Positions 20,116 through 30,677 of a stretch of DNA of 39,993 bases are shown piece by piece (position 1 is the stretch's first letter; each line of letters opens with the position of its first letter). The notes under the pieces were generated by a model. That model saw only the letters and a program-made list of their open reading frames with translations. It did not search any database and was not told the DNA's origin. This DNA is from Minisyncoccota bacterium (GTDB lineage: Bacteria; Patescibacteriota; Minisyncoccia; Phycocordibacterales; UBA9973), in the NCBI GenBank assembly GCA_025453495.1, contig JALOQM010000005.1, positions 1 through 39,993 on the forward strand, given 5' to 3'. The translations under genes were made by a program, and so were the position numbers.

Positions 20116-20884
20116 AGCACTCCGGCAGAGAAAAATCTTTCACCTCGCACTGACTATCTGTGCAGTGGTGCTTGCTGTTGTATTTCGTGCGCCGCTTGGC
20201 ACTGCTTTTTCAAAAGTAGCGCATGGTGTTGCATGGCCATTTCTTGAGCTCAAACAGTCGATTTCTGAAGTCTTCTCTGTAGTACAAATTACTTTTCAAA
20301 CAAAAGAGACACTTGTTGCTCAAAACGAAGCACTTCTTCAAGAACTTGAGGAAGCGAAGCTTGCAAATCTTGAGCGCGACATTCTCTTTGCAGACAATGT
20401 CGCACTCCGCGCCGCATTAGAGCGTCCTCAAACTGAAGGAGAGCGTTTAGTCGCAACAATCTTGTCTAAGCCAAATAAATCTCCGTATGACACGCTTGTT
20501 ATCGATATTGGGACAGATACTGGTATTACTCCTGGTGCTACTGTCTTTGCACGTGGGTCAGTACCTATCGGCATGATTGATGAGGTATACAGACGAAATG
20601 CACGTGTCCGCCTTTTTTCTACTCCAAAAGAGAGCACTCAAGTCACTTTAAAGAATGGTATCCAGATAGACATTGTCGGGACTGGTGGCGGTAGTTTTAA
20701 AGCGACACTACCACGTGATATCACTATTGTAGAAGGTGATATACTCACACTTCCATTGCTTACGCCGCAGATTGTCGCAGTGGTGAAAAAAATCGTTTCT
20801 GATTCACGTGATCCATTTCAGACTATTCTTGCGACATCTCCAGTGAATATTCAGGAGTTGAAATTTGTAGAAGTAGAAAAGTGA
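20096..20884 (+). CDS. mreC: Rod shape-determining protein MreC
   Basis: TM helix, coiled coil (ENxxLR-like) and beta domain (PYDTLVIDIG); overlaps the mreB end; start set at ATG 20096. Confidence 0.85.
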   Translation: MSYLRNKALRQRKIFHLALTICAVVLAVVFRAPLGTAFSKVAHGVAWPFLELKQSISEVFSVVQITFQTKETLVAQNEALLQELEEAKLANLERDILFADNVALRAALERPQTEGERLVATILSKPNKSPYDTLVIDIGTDTGITPGATVFARGSVPIGMIDEVYRRNARVRLFSTPKESTQVTLKNGIQIDIVGTGGGSFKATLPRDITIVEGDILTLPLLTPQIVAVVKKIVSDSRDPFQTILATSPVNIQELKFVEVEK

Positions 20885-20993
20885 TTGTCTGGCTATTTGT
20901 AAAACACCGCCTCTTATTTTTGAATGAGTAGTGTAGAGAAGCTATCAGCTTGTAAGGTATTTCAAAAAACCTTTGCACTTTAGAAAGTCATCA

Positions 20994-22235
20994 ATGGAAA
21001 AGTTTAATTTTAAAATTACAAAAAAGCTCGATGGTGCTCTTGGACGTGCTGGTGTGATCACAACACCACATGGCACGATCGAGACGCCGGCATTTGTCAC
21101 CGTCGGAACGAAAGCAACAATAAAAGGAGTGTCTCCAGAGCAACTTCGCGACCTTGGTGCTGCGGTTGTGCTTGGTAATACGTATCATCTCTATTTACAA
21201 CCAGGTGATGAGCTTGTCGCAAAAGCAGGTGGTATGGGGAAATTTATGCATTGGGAGGGACCAACGATGACTGATTCCGGTGGCTTTCAGGTATTTTCGC
21301 TTGGTGCGGCGTACGGCAAAGAAATTTCAAAAGTGGTCAAGATTACTGACCCGTCGCTCATGATTCCTGAGCGCTTTGATGATTCTGATGCGCCGCGTCT
21401 TGCAAATATTGGGAATGACGGGGTCTCATTCAAATCGCATCTCGATGGTTCGATTCACTATATTACTCCTGAGAAATCGATTCAGATTCAGCACAATCTC
21501 GGCGCGGATATCATCTTCGCATTTGATGAGTGCACGTCTCCAGCCGAGGATTTGCGCTATCAGGAGGAAGCGCTTGAGCGCACGCATGCGTGGGCGCATC
21601 GTAGCTTGAAGGAGCATTTGAAACTAAAAGAGGAAGACAAAAAGGAAATTGCGCTTTTTGGCATCGTACAGGGAGGTCGCGATGAAATACTCCGCAAGCG
21701 CTCGGCAAAAACTATCGCTGAGATGGAAGTCGACGGACATGGATTCGACGGCTTCGGTATTGGCGGCTCATTCGCCAAAGAAGACATGTCGACTGCTGTT
21801 CGCTGGGTGAATGAGGTGTTGCCGGAAGATAGGCCGCGTCACCTGCTTGGCATTGGCGAGCCAGAAGACCTTTTTATGGGATGTGAAAACGGCGTCGACC
21901 TCTTTGACTGCGTGCTTCCGACGCGTCTTGGCAGGAATGGCACACTCTATACAAAATTCGGTAAGATCAATATCACCAATGCAAAATATCGCGACGATTT
22001 CTCGCCGGTTGACGACGACTGCGGCTGTTATGCGTGCAAAAACTATACTCGTGCGTATATTACACACCTTTTCCGTGCGGATGAAATGTTTGCTGGTACG
22101 CTTGGTTCAATTCACAACATCTATTTTTTGGTGAATCTTGTGAAAAAAATCAGACAGTCAATTATTGATAGCAATTTTAGTGAAGTGAAAGAACAGTTTC
22201 TTACGACTTACAAAACCAACAAGAAAGGTGTATAG
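20994..22235 (+). CDS. tgt: tRNA-guanine transglycosylase
   Basis: TPHGTIETPAF, NTYHL, TDSGGFQVFSL, FDECT, GIVQGG, GVDLFDCV, Zn site CGCYAC...H; start set at ATG 20994. Confidence 0.96.
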   Translation: MEKFNFKITKKLDGALGRAGVITTPHGTIETPAFVTVGTKATIKGVSPEQLRDLGAAVVLGNTYHLYLQPGDELVAKAGGMGKFMHWEGPTMTDSGGFQVFSLGAAYGKEISKVVKITDPSLMIPERFDDSDAPRLANIGNDGVSFKSHLDGSIHYITPEKSIQIQHNLGADIIFAFDECTSPAEDLRYQEEALERTHAWAHRSLKEHLKLKEEDKKEIALFGIVQGGRDEILRKRSAKTIAEMEVDGHGFDGFGIGGSFAKEDMSTAVRWVNEVLPEDRPRHLLGIGEPEDLFMGCENGVDLFDCVLPTRLGRNGTLYTKFGKINITNAKYRDDFSPVDDDCGCYACKNYTRAYITHLFRADEMFAGTLGSIHNIYFLVNLVKKIRQSIIDSNFSEVKEQFLTTYKTNKKGV

Positions 22236-22261
22236 TGTTGCCAGAATCAAAACATAAACTC

Positions 22262-22591
22262 ATGGAGAACAAATATCCAGAACCAGGTTTTTACTATCAT
22301 TACAAGCACAATCCGGACGGAACGGTGGGTAATTTCGCCTATGAAGTATTAAACATTGGCTCCCACACCGAAATGGAGTGGAACGAAGGCATGTTTGTCG
22401 TGTACCGTCCGTTGTTTCCTGAAGCAAAAGTGTATCGTGAAGGAAAGTTGTGGGATATTCGGCCTCTCGACATCTTCATGGAAGTAGTCAATGAGGAGGA
22501 ATACAAAGGTGAGCGCTTCATTAAAATCACTGATCCGGAACGCATTGCGGAACTTGCAAAGATGCGCGATGAGATGTATCCTTGCTCGTAG
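22262..22591 (+). CDS. DUF1653-like protein
   Basis: PGFYYHYKH...YEV...HTE...VVYRPL...RPLDIFM...RF pattern; alternative GTG start at 22235. Confidence 0.75.
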   Translation: MENKYPEPGFYYHYKHNPDGTVGNFAYEVLNIGSHTEMEWNEGMFVVYRPLFPEAKVYREGKLWDIRPLDIFMEVVNEEEYKGERFIKITDPERIAELAKMRDEMYPCS

Positions 22592-22599
22592 ATTGGTTA

Positions 22600-22745
22600 T
22601 GGGCACCGTGACAAGTGCGTCAAGAGTGCCGGGAAAACCGACATCCGACACGCAGCATACGCTGTGCCTTGGAAGCCGAATGCCGGGATTGTAGTTCTTG
22701 CGAGAAGCCCCGGGGTACATCCGGTACACCCGCACGGCGGGAGAA
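22600..22745 (+). other. GC-rich multi-hairpin segment, candidate ncRNA or in-frame extension of the DUF1653-like gene
   Basis: At least five short stems (see findings); ends directly before a terminator. Confidence 0.35.
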
Positions 22746-22749
22746 AGTA

Positions 22750-22787
22750 AAGGAGAATCAACTGCCAGGCAGTGGTTCTCCTTTTTT
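22750..22787 (+). terminator. Intrinsic terminator
   Basis: AAGGAGAATCAACTGC-CAG-GCAGTGGTTCTCCTT followed by TTTT. Confidence 0.75.
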
Positions 22788-22825
22788 ATTTGACACACCC
22801 TGTATAATAGATACTGTTACAGTCT

Positions 22826-24919
22826 ATGTTATCGAACCCATTCAAATTAAGTACTCATATGAAGCCCGCCGGTGACCAGCCGAAGGCTATTGCGGCGCTT
22901 GTGGATGGACTCGAAAAGGGGATGCGCAAACAGACACTCCTTGGTGTGACCGGCTCTGGTAAGACATTTACTATGGCAAATGTCATTGCCGCAATCGGTA
23001 AGCCGACGCTTGTTATCGCACACAACAAGACGCTTGCCGCTCAACTTGCCCAGGAGTACAAAGAATTTTTCCCTGACGCAGCGGTACACTATTTCGTCTC
23101 GTACTATGACTACTATCAGCCAGAGGCGTATCTCCCAGTAACAGACACCTATATCGAGAAGGATGCACAGATCAACAAAGAAATCGACCGCCTACGCCAC
23201 GCGTCCACGCAAGCATTGCTGACGCGACGTGATGTTATCATTGTTGCGTCTGTGTCGTGCATTTACGGTCTCGGTTCACCAGAAGAATATCGCGAAGAGA
23301 ATATGAGTATCAGTGTCGGGCAGAAGGTCTCTCGTACTGATTTCATGAAGAAACTTGTAACGCTTCATTTTGAGCGCACTACCGCTGACCTTTCGCCTGC
23401 GCAATTTCGCGCACTTGGCAACAAGATTGAAATCATGCCAGTTTCAGAAACATTTGTCTGGCATATCGAATTTGTAAGCGATACTATTTCAAACATACTA
23501 AAGATCAATCCAGTATCGTCAGTCATTATCGAAGAACCAAAAGAAATTTTTATTTTTCCTGCAAAACACTTCTTAACTGACAAGAAAAAAATCGATAAAG
23601 CAATCAAAGCTATCAAAGACGAACTTGCCGTCCAGCTCAAAAAATTTGATACAGAAGGGAAGTTACTTGAAGCAGAACGTATCAAACGTCGCACGAACTA
23701 TGATCTTGCGATGATAAAAGAAGTAGGGTATTGCTCTGGAGTCGAGAATTATTCTCGCCACTTGTCGGGCAAAAAAGAAGGCGAACCGCCTGAAACGCTT
23801 CTTTCCTATTTTCCACACAAAGCAGATGGGAGTCCCGATTTCTTGACGGTTATCGACGAATCGCACGTCACCATCTCACAACTGCGTGGCATGTATGCTG
23901 GTGATGCCTCACGCAAAAATACACTTGTTGAGCACGGCTTCAGATTACCTTCAGCAAAGGATAACCGACCGCTTACATATGATGAATTTGAGCCTCGAGT
24001 CGGTCAGGTAGTCTATACAACTGCGACACCTTCTGAGTATGAACGTGAGGTAAGTCAACAAATTGTCGAACAGATCGTCCGCCCGACTGGTCTTGTCGAT
24101 CCGCTATTGACTGTCCGGCCGATTGTCCCAAGTGGTGTTTATAAAGGTCAAGTTGGTGATTTTATTGATGAGACAGTTAAGGAGGTACAGAAAGGTGGGC
24201 GAGTACTTGCAACCACGTTGACCAAAAAAATGGCAGAAGATTTATCGGTCTATCTCAAAGAGCAAGGTCTCAAAGCCGAGTACTTGCATAGCGAGATTAC
24301 TACACTTGATCGTATCAAGATTCTCACCAGTTTTCGGCGTGGTGAATTTGATTGCCTTGTTGGTGTAAACCTCCTTCGTGAAGGACTCGACATGCCTGAA
24401 GTGTCATTTATAGGCGTGCTCGATGCCGACAAGGAAGGATTTCTACGTAGTGATACGTCACTTATCCAGACCATCGGTCGTGCAGCAAGAAACGTCGACG
24501 GTCGCGTTATTCTCTATGCAGATACAATGACTGGCTCAATGGATCGAGCCATCACTGAGACAAATCGTCGTCGAGCGCTGCAGATCGCTTATAACAAAGA
24601 GCACGGCATTACCCCAAAAACAATCATAAAGAAGATCAAAGATATTACACAAGAACTCGAAAAAGAACATGATAAGGCGGTCGCATATAACCTTGCGCTT
24701 GATGTAGCGATGTTTAGCAAGAACCTGAAAGCACTGACAAAAAAGGAAGAGAAAAAATTGACTCGTCTTTCTGATGAGGAACGCAAGAGTGCAGTGTATG
24801 AAAAGATCATCAAGATTAAAGAGAAGGAAATGAATAAGGCAGTCAAAGAACTCGACTTTGAGACTGCGGCGATTTTGCGAGATGAGATTAAGGTGTTGGT
24901 AGAGAGAATGAAGAAATAA
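22826..24919 (+). CDS. uvrB: Excinuclease ABC subunit B
   Basis: PAGDQP, LLGVTGSGKT, FVSYYDYYQPEAY, DESH, QTIGRAARN, C-terminal LDFETAAILRD. Confidence 0.99.
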   Translation: MLSNPFKLSTHMKPAGDQPKAIAALVDGLEKGMRKQTLLGVTGSGKTFTMANVIAAIGKPTLVIAHNKTLAAQLAQEYKEFFPDAAVHYFVSYYDYYQPEAYLPVTDTYIEKDAQINKEIDRLRHASTQALLTRRDVIIVASVSCIYGLGSPEEYREENMSISVGQKVSRTDFMKKLVTLHFERTTADLSPAQFRALGNKIEIMPVSETFVWHIEFVSDTISNILKINPVSSVIIEEPKEIFIFPAKHFLTDKKKIDKAIKAIKDELAVQLKKFDTEGKLLEAERIKRRTNYDLAMIKEVGYCSGVENYSRHLSGKKEGEPPETLLSYFPHKADGSPDFLTVIDESHVTISQLRGMYAGDASRKNTLVEHGFRLPSAKDNRPLTYDEFEPRVGQVVYTTATPSEYEREVSQQIVEQIVRPTGLVDPLLTVRPIVPSGVYKGQVGDFIDETVKEVQKGGRVLATTLTKKMAEDLSVYLKEQGLKAEYLHSEITTLDRIKILTSFRRGEFDCLVGVNLLREGLDMPEVSFIGVLDADKEGFLRSDTSLIQTIGRAARNVDGRVILYADTMTGSMDRAITETNRRRALQIAYNKEHGITPKTIIKKIKDITQELEKEHDKAVAYNLALDVAMFSKNLKALTKKEEKKLTRLSDEERKSAVYEKIIKIKEKEMNKAVKELDFETAAILRDEIKVLVERMKK
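24745..24816 (+). repeat. uvrB 3' segment duplicated at 27040-27111
   Basis: Ungapped 58/72 identity by manual alignment. Confidence 0.8.
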
Positions 24920-25009
24920 AATAGTCTTTTCAAGACAGACTAATTTATTTCTTTTGTTAAGATAGTTTAAGATTTATTCCGTCTGTAATGTATATTAAGT
25001 AATATTTAT

Positions 25010-25047
25010 AAAAAATCCCTCGACACAGTGTATGTGTTGAGGGATTT
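25010..25047 (-). terminator. Terminator of the minus-strand hypothetical gene
   Basis: Minus strand: AAATCCCTCAACACA-5 nt-TGTGTCGAGGGATTT followed by TTT. Confidence 0.75.
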
Positions 25048-25054
25048 GGTCTCA

Positions 25055-25597
25055 CTAAAACCAACCATTTCTAATTCGATTTACTACACTTTCTCCAACT
25101 TCAAGAGCATCTTTTTTACTATTCTCTCCTTGCTTCTTTTTAAGGTAAAAATCATAAAGATTTTTATAAAGCACAGTGCTCTTTTTCGAGTTCCATTTTT
25201 TTTGTGCAATATCTTTTCCGATACCTTTTCCTATATAATAAAAAGCAATAGAACTAGGAATAGTCGAAAGTACAAATATCACGAGACTTGAACCCACTTC
25301 CATGATTTCCGGGCGAGGATCGATATCGAATTTATCAAAAAAGAAAGCCACAGTTATTATAAGAATTGCCATAGGAATAACGAAAATCCACTGTAAGTCC
25401 ATTCCAGCAAGGATATAGGCAGCCCCTTCTTTTTCTGTCGATCTGTTTACTGTTACTATTTCTTCATCCGTCAATTCATCGATAAATGATGTATTTTTAT
25501 CAATATTGATAGTGTGCTTTTGATTTGAATTTCTTCCATTCAAATTTTCTGCAATACCGTTGCTTTGATGGCGTTGGATAGTTTCTTCAGTATTCAT
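25055..25597 (-). CDS. Hypothetical membrane protein (two TM helices)
   Basis: ATG at 25597 (MNTEETIQ...); two hydrophobic segments; AT-rich; own terminator. Confidence 0.75.
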   Translation of the reverse strand: MNTEETIQRHQSNGIAENLNGRNSNQKHTINIDKNTSFIDELTDEEIVTVNRSTEKEGAAYILAGMDLQWIFVIPMAILIITVAFFFDKFDIDPRPEIMEVGSSLVIFVLSTIPSSIAFYYIGKGIGKDIAQKKWNSKKSTVLYKNLYDFYLKKKQGENSKKDALEVGESVVNRIRNGWF

Positions 25598-25814
25598 GAT
25601 TATGTTTTTGTGAGTTAAGCACGAGTCAAGCAGGGGCACTATGGCCGCTAGTTTTCTAGTGCTTTCCTCTGGTTTAAAATAACAGGTTATTTATCTCAGG
25701 ATATTTTATCATATTTATGTCTCTTGTCAAGTATTTACTATAGTGCTACTACTTAATTATATTCTCATTTTTTGATATACTATGCTTAGATATTTATCGA
25801 TTATTAATTATTTT

Positions 25815-25988
25815 ATGGACATAAAAAAAGAAGAGAAGAGCATAGAGGCTGTGTATGACAATGCTCTTGAGCAAATACATACGCTAAAAAACAAAAAGAA
25901 AACAATTATTCGGTCATACATAGATGTTTTAGTAGGTAAAAAAATCGCATCAATTAAAAATATTATCATTAATAAATTTTCAAAATGA
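25815..25988 (+). CDS. Small basic hypothetical protein (57 aa; 68 aa if started at 25782)
   Basis: ATGA overlap with the next gene; TGATATACT extended -10-like box upstream. Confidence 0.6.
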   Translation: MDIKKEEKSIEAVYDNALEQIHTLKNKKKTIIRSYIDVLVGKKIASIKNIIINKFSK

Positions 25989-27019
25989 GTTTCAATAATA
26001 ACGAAAAACAGTCACTTGAAAATGACTTGGCAAGGCTTGGACACGAAAATGATACTGAGGGTATACGTAGGTTTGTTGAGGACGTTGAGTTGCTCGGAGG
26101 GTATGAAGACTTGATAGCGATGGCACAAGAAAAAATCAATGAAATTGAAGCAGCAAGCGTGTCAGCACAAAGAATTGAACCAGCTGTAGTCGAAGAAATA
26201 ACAAATGCCGGTGGTTCTGTTGAAGTAGTGGATCAGATGACTGCTGAAGTTGATGCTGAAATAGAAGATACAGAAGGAAGAGCGACTGAGACTATTCAAC
26301 ATCAGATTGATGTAGCAAAAAAAGAACAAATACAGTTCGCGACTCTTGAAACATATGATGAAGAAAAAGAAAAGTCTAAAAAACGCTTTTCTGAAATAAG
26401 TGATTCTGAAACTAGATTATACAAAGCATTCATCGCAGATGATACTCTATATGCTAAATTGCAGGAGTTTGATGCTAGTCTTGGTGCTACTGCAGCTGGT
26501 TTTCAAATACAAAATGTTTTAAAAAACTTTCTTAGGAGTGCTTCAAAAGAAACTATTGTTTCAATGCCACCCGAAGTGCAAAAAGAAATTGAATTATATC
26601 AATTAGCAAAAGCTGATTATGAAGATAGTGTAAATAAAATCAAACCAATAGAAAAGTTAGCGGAGGCTCGTAACTCACTTGAGGCTATAAATGCAGTACT
26701 TTCAAAGATTGATGAAATGAAAATAGGAGATTCGATATATGGTAAAAAAAGATTTGAGCTAAATGAGCTAGGGCAAATACGAGAAGCTACAGAGACGAAA
26801 TCAATGCTATTTGACCAGGTTCGTTCTCACGATTATTCACTCAATCCATTTCAACTTGAATCAACTATGACCGATCCAAGTAATGAGCAGTATCTAAATA
26901 AGATTTTGACTGCTCAAGAAGTAGTTACCATGGTAAAAGCTTATTGGACCAAGAAGCAAGAACTGGCAGCTGAGATATATAAAAAAGAAATCGACACTTT
27001 TTCTCAGCAAGGTATTTAG
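25985..27019 (+). CDS. Acidic helical/coiled-coil hypothetical protein (344 aa)
   Basis: Long E/K-rich ORF; no recognisable catalytic motif. Confidence 0.85.
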   Translation: MSFNNNEKQSLENDLARLGHENDTEGIRRFVEDVELLGGYEDLIAMAQEKINEIEAASVSAQRIEPAVVEEITNAGGSVEVVDQMTAEVDAEIEDTEGRATETIQHQIDVAKKEQIQFATLETYDEEKEKSKKRFSEISDSETRLYKAFIADDTLYAKLQEFDASLGATAAGFQIQNVLKNFLRSASKETIVSMPPEVQKEIELYQLAKADYEDSVNKIKPIEKLAEARNSLEAINAVLSKIDEMKIGDSIYGKKRFELNELGQIREATETKSMLFDQVRSHDYSLNPFQLESTMTDPSNEQYLNKILTAQEVVTMVKAYWTKKQELAAEIYKKEIDTFSQQGI

Positions 27020-27039
27020 GTATTAAAACTCAATAAATA

Positions 27040-27111
27040 GGAATAAAAGAAACTTATACGTCTTTGTGATGAGAAACGCAAGAGTAGAGTGAATGAAAAG
27101 ATCGTAAAGAT
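27040..27111 (+). pseudogene. Degraded fragment of the uvrB 3' end
   Basis: Translates RLCDEKRKSRVNEKIVK versus UvrB RLSDEERKSAVYEKIIK. Confidence 0.75.
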
Positions 27112-27134
27112 GTTTAAACAATTGGTTTAGTAAT

Positions 27135-27175
27135 ATTAAATAAAAAGTGGTCAATTAGACCACTTTTTATTTAAT
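27135..27175. terminator. Perfect 18-bp inverted repeat, probable bidirectional terminator
   Basis: ATTAAATAAAAAGTGGTC-AATTA-GACCACTTTTTATTTAAT. Confidence 0.75.
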
Positions 27176-27404
27176 GAAAAAGCACGATAGCTTCCAGAGA
27201 GCAAGCAGAACCTTTTTACACGTTCTATTAGGAATTGCTCCTCATTACTAGCTGACAATTAAGTATCTCATTTTGACGCATCGCGTATTTTTATCTTAAG
27301 GCAACATTTTGCAGTATTAATTTTTTTGCAGTTCGCGCATAAAAGATATATCTGGATGTATTTTATGTTTGTATGTTTTATTACAATACGTAAGTAATAT
27401 ATCT

Positions 27405-27432
27405 TTGTCAAATTACTACTTTGTGTTACACT
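27405..27432 (+). promoter_or_regulatory. uvrA promoter
   Basis: TTGTCA-16 bp-TACACT with an extended TG; GC-rich hairpin CACCC...GGGTG (27456-27480) in the leader. Confidence 0.6.
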
Positions 27433-27504
27433 AGCTAAGTAATAAAAGAGATATACACCCATACGGGCGAGCCGCGGGTGCGTTTCTATTTTCAAAACAC
27501 ACAC

Positions 27505-30144
27505 ATGAGTACCGAAAAAATAAAAAAATTCAATACTGGTGCCGAGTCGATCGTTGTTCGTGGCGCGCGAACACATAATCTCAAAAACATCGATGTTGAG
27601 ATGCCGCGCAATGCAATGGTGGTCATTACCGGTATGTCAGGTTCGGGCAAGTCATCGCTTGCCTTTGACACCATCTTTGCTGAGGGTCAGCGTCGCTATG
27701 TCGAATCGCTTTCTTCGTATGCGCGACAGTTTTTGAAACAAATGGGTAAGCCTGATGTTGACGAGATCACTGGGCTGTCTCCTGCAATCTCAATTGATCA
27801 GAAATCTCGTTCAAACAATCCGCGTTCGACTGTGGCTACGATCACCGAGATATACGATTACTTGCGTGTGCTCTACGCACGTGTCGGTAGACCGCACTGT
27901 ATTCTCTGTGGCGATGAGATCAAGAAGCTCTCAAACGAAGAGATTGTCGCGCTTGCGATGGCGAAGGTAAAAAGTTTTGATACCAAAGGCAATGAAAAGA
28001 AAGTCATGGGTGTAGCATTCAATGATATCCGCCTTCAGATTTTCTCACCGGTCGTCCGTGGGAGAAAAGGTGAGTACTATCAATTGCTCTACGATATGCT
28101 TGGTCGTGGTTTCTCAAAAGCACGTATTGATGGCGTGCTCCGTAATCTACGTGATCAAATTATCCTCTCAAAAAATAAGCAACATGATATTGATTTTCTT
28201 GTTGATGAGATTGCATTGCATGAATTCAAAGACGCACCAAAAGACGCCGGCATGCGCCTTTCCGAAGGTATTGAGCGTGCCTTGCTCGAATCCGACGGAC
28301 TTGTACGAATCAGTTTTGATATTGACAAAGAGCTAAAACTCGGCGAGACCGAATTTTTGCTTTCAGCGAAATTTGCCTGCCCGCGAGATGGCTTCTCGTT
28401 CCCGGAAATTGAGCCACGCCTCTTTTCTTTTAACTCTCCTCACGGCGCCTGCCAAGAATGCCACGGCTTGGGAACCAAACACATGTTTGGTGATGATTCT
28501 TGTGATAGCTGTAAAGGACTCCGTTTGCGACCTGAAGCACTAAATGTATTCATCGGACCAGACAACCAAAAAGGTAGGAAAAATATTGTTGAACTAACTG
28601 GGCAGTCTATTGAAGATGCATTTGCATTTTTCAAAAGTCTGAAGCTCACTGCAAAAGAGAAAAGCATTTCCGCGCCTGTCATCCGTGAGATCGAAGCGCG
28701 TCTGCAATTTATGCTCAATGTCGGCCTCGAATATCTCTCGCTCAATCGTCGTGCAAACACCTTGTCGGGTGGGGAAGCACAGCGCATCCGGCTCGCGTCA
28801 CAGCTTGGCTCGCGTCTTGTGGGCGCCCTCTACGTGCTCGATGAGCCGACGATCGGCCTGCATCAACGCGACAATGAAAAGCTCATCAAGACACTGCAGG
28901 ACCTTCGTGATCTTGGCAATACAATACTTGTTGTTGAGCACGATGAAGATACTATCTATTCATCAGACTATATCATCGATATCGGACCAAAGGCGGGCGT
29001 GCATGGTGGCGATGTTGTCGTATCTGGCTATCTCGACAAGTTGCTCTCTGCAAAGAAGAACGATTCCGGTTCACGTACGCTTGCATATCTGCGTGAAGAA
29101 GAGAAGATTGCCGTGCCGGAAAAGCGCCGTGAGGCGGACAAGGGCGCGATCAAGATCTTCGGCGGCAAAGTGTTTAACATCAAGAATATGAATGCGGAAG
29201 TGCCGCTTGGCAAGATGGTGTGCATTACCGGCGTGTCCGGTTCGGGCAAGTCGTCGTTTATGTATGAGATATTGCACAAGAATCTACAAGCGCGACTTGA
29301 GCGCAAATATCGAAGCAATCAGGTGTTTAATTGTGCATCATTTTCTGGTACAGAGTATATTTCCCGAGCGATTCTTATCGATCAGTCGCCAATCGGTCGC
29401 ACACCACGTTCAAATATTGCGACCTATACTGGTGCATTTACCTTTATCCGTGATCTCTTTGCTGAGTCCGAAGAAGCACGTCTGCGCGGCTGGAAAGCCA
29501 ATCGTTTCTCCTTCAACGTACCCGGCGGTCGCTGTGAGGCATGTCAGGGTAATGGCGAGATCGCTGTTGAGATGCATTTTCTTCCGACAGTGTATGTGAC
29601 GTGTGATGTCTGTAATGGTAAGCGCTTTGACAAAGAAACGCTCAAGGTGAAGTACAAGAAGAAGAATATCTACGAAGTGCTCAATCTGACCGTCGAGGAG
29701 GCAATCAAATTCTATGAAGAAATTCCAGCAATTTATGACAGACTGAAGACGCTCATGGATGTCGGTCTTGGGTATGTCGCGCTCGGCCAGTCGGCGACAA
29801 CGCTCTCCGGGGGTGAGGCGCAACGCGTGAAAATTGCATCAGAGCTCTACCGTCCGCATGTCGAGAAGACCATGTATCTCCTTGACGAACCGACCGTCGG
29901 TCTCCACTACGACGACGTCGCAAATCTCATCGGCGTTCTTGATCGGCTGGTCGCGAAAGGGAATACTGTCGTCGTGATCGAGCACAATATGGATCTCATC
30001 AAATGCGCGGACTATCTCCTCGATATCGGCCCCGAAGGAGGCGTCGGCGGTGGTACACTCGTGGCAAAGGGAACGCCGGAGGAGGTAGCGAATAATTCAA
30101 AGTCGCATACGGGGAAGTATCTCAAAAAAGTATTAAAAAAATAA
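27505..30144 (+). CDS. uvrA: Excinuclease ABC subunit A
   Basis: [10 protein letters not shown], two Walker A motifs ([16 protein letters not shown]), two LSGGEAQR signatures, Zn fingers; start set at ATG 27505. Confidence 0.99.
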   Translation: MSTEKIKKFNTGAESIVVRGARTHNLKNIDVEMPRNAMVVITGMSGSGKSSLAFDTIFAEGQRRYVESLSSYARQFLKQMGKPDVDEITGLSPAISIDQKSRSNNPRSTVATITEIYDYLRVLYARVGRPHCILCGDEIKKLSNEEIVALAMAKVKSFDTKGNEKKVMGVAFNDIRLQIFSPVVRGRKGEYYQLLYDMLGRGFSKARIDGVLRNLRDQIILSKNKQHDIDFLVDEIALHEFKDAPKDAGMRLSEGIERALLESDGLVRISFDIDKELKLGETEFLLSAKFACPRDGFSFPEIEPRLFSFNSPHGACQECHGLGTKHMFGDDSCDSCKGLRLRPEALNVFIGPDNQKGRKNIVELTGQSIEDAFAFFKSLKLTAKEKSISAPVIREIEARLQFMLNVGLEYLSLNRRANTLSGGEAQRIRLASQLGSRLVGALYVLDEPTIGLHQRDNEKLIKTLQDLRDLGNTILVVEHDEDTIYSSDYIIDIGPKAGVHGGDVVVSGYLDKLLSAKKNDSGSRTLAYLREEEKIAVPEKRREADKGAIKIFGGKVFNIKNMNAEVPLGKMVCITGVSGSGKSSFMYEILHKNLQARLERKYRSNQVFNCASFSGTEYISRAILIDQSPIGRTPRSNIATYTGAFTFIRDLFAESEEARLRGWKANRFSFNVPGGRCEACQGNGEIAVEMHFLPTVYVTCDVCNGKRFDKETLKVKYKKKNIYEVLNLTVEEAIKFYEEIPAIYDRLKTLMDVGLGYVALGQSATTLSGGEAQRVKIASELYRPHVEKTMYLLDEPTVGLHYDDVANLIGVLDRLVAKGNTVVVIEHNMDLIKCADYLLDIGPEGGVGGGTLVAKGTPEEVANNSKSHTGKYLKKVLKK

Positions 30145-30185
30145 TGGAGCTTCGTTTGGAAGCCCCATTAGGTTAATTAGACAGT

Positions 30186-30614
30186 TCAGGATTCTTTTTC
30201 GTTTGGGAGAGCTGCAAAAGCACGCGCAAATTGTTCACGTTCGTTCTCATTGAGTGGGCGCTCACAAACTAAAATGTTATCTACGACAGTGGGCAAAGTA
30301 GGAGTTTTCGAACGAGTAAAACAGGCAGTAAGATGATCAGGATAATCAAATGAAAATACGAAATCATAAATCTCGTATTTTGATACTCCTTCTCTGATTT
30401 CTTCGACCAGTTCATCCATCGATTTATAACCGTCATCTGCCCAAACTACCTTGGAATGAAGCACATCATCCCACAAGCCCGTTTCAACTGGCTTGCTGTA
30501 AACACTCGTTGGCTTTACTGCTTCTTTAGAATCAGAAATAGTATAGACGTGATAAAGCGTTCTATTGTTAGTGTAATCAATAGAAGCAAAGACATAAGCT
30601 GTTATTGTTTTCAT
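30186..30614 (-). CDS. Hypothetical protein (142 aa)
   Basis: ATG at 30614 (MKTITAY...); fills the uvrA-uvrC gap on the opposite strand. Confidence 0.7.
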   Translation of the reverse strand: MKTITAYVFASIDYTNNRTLYHVYTISDSKEAVKPTSVYSKPVETGLWDDVLHSKVVWADDGYKSMDELVEEIREGVSKYEIYDFVFSFDYPDHLTACFTRSKTPTLPTVVDNILVCERPLNENEREQFARAFAALPNEKES

Positions 30615-30677
30615 TCTGTATAGTATTAAGTGGAACAATCAGTTGATTTTTGCTGTGTATTTTATATCATTAAAAGA

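Noticed and set aside
22600-22750. THF or ykkC (guanidine-I) riboswitch, or 6S RNA
   Set aside because: Only short partial resemblances (GTGCGTCAAGAGTGCC, CACGGCGGGAGAAAG); the other required conserved elements are absent
22790-22825. LexA/SOS box upstream of uvrB
   Set aside because: CTGT and ACAG are present but not at CTGT-N8-ACAG spacing, and no shared motif was seen before uvrA or uvrC
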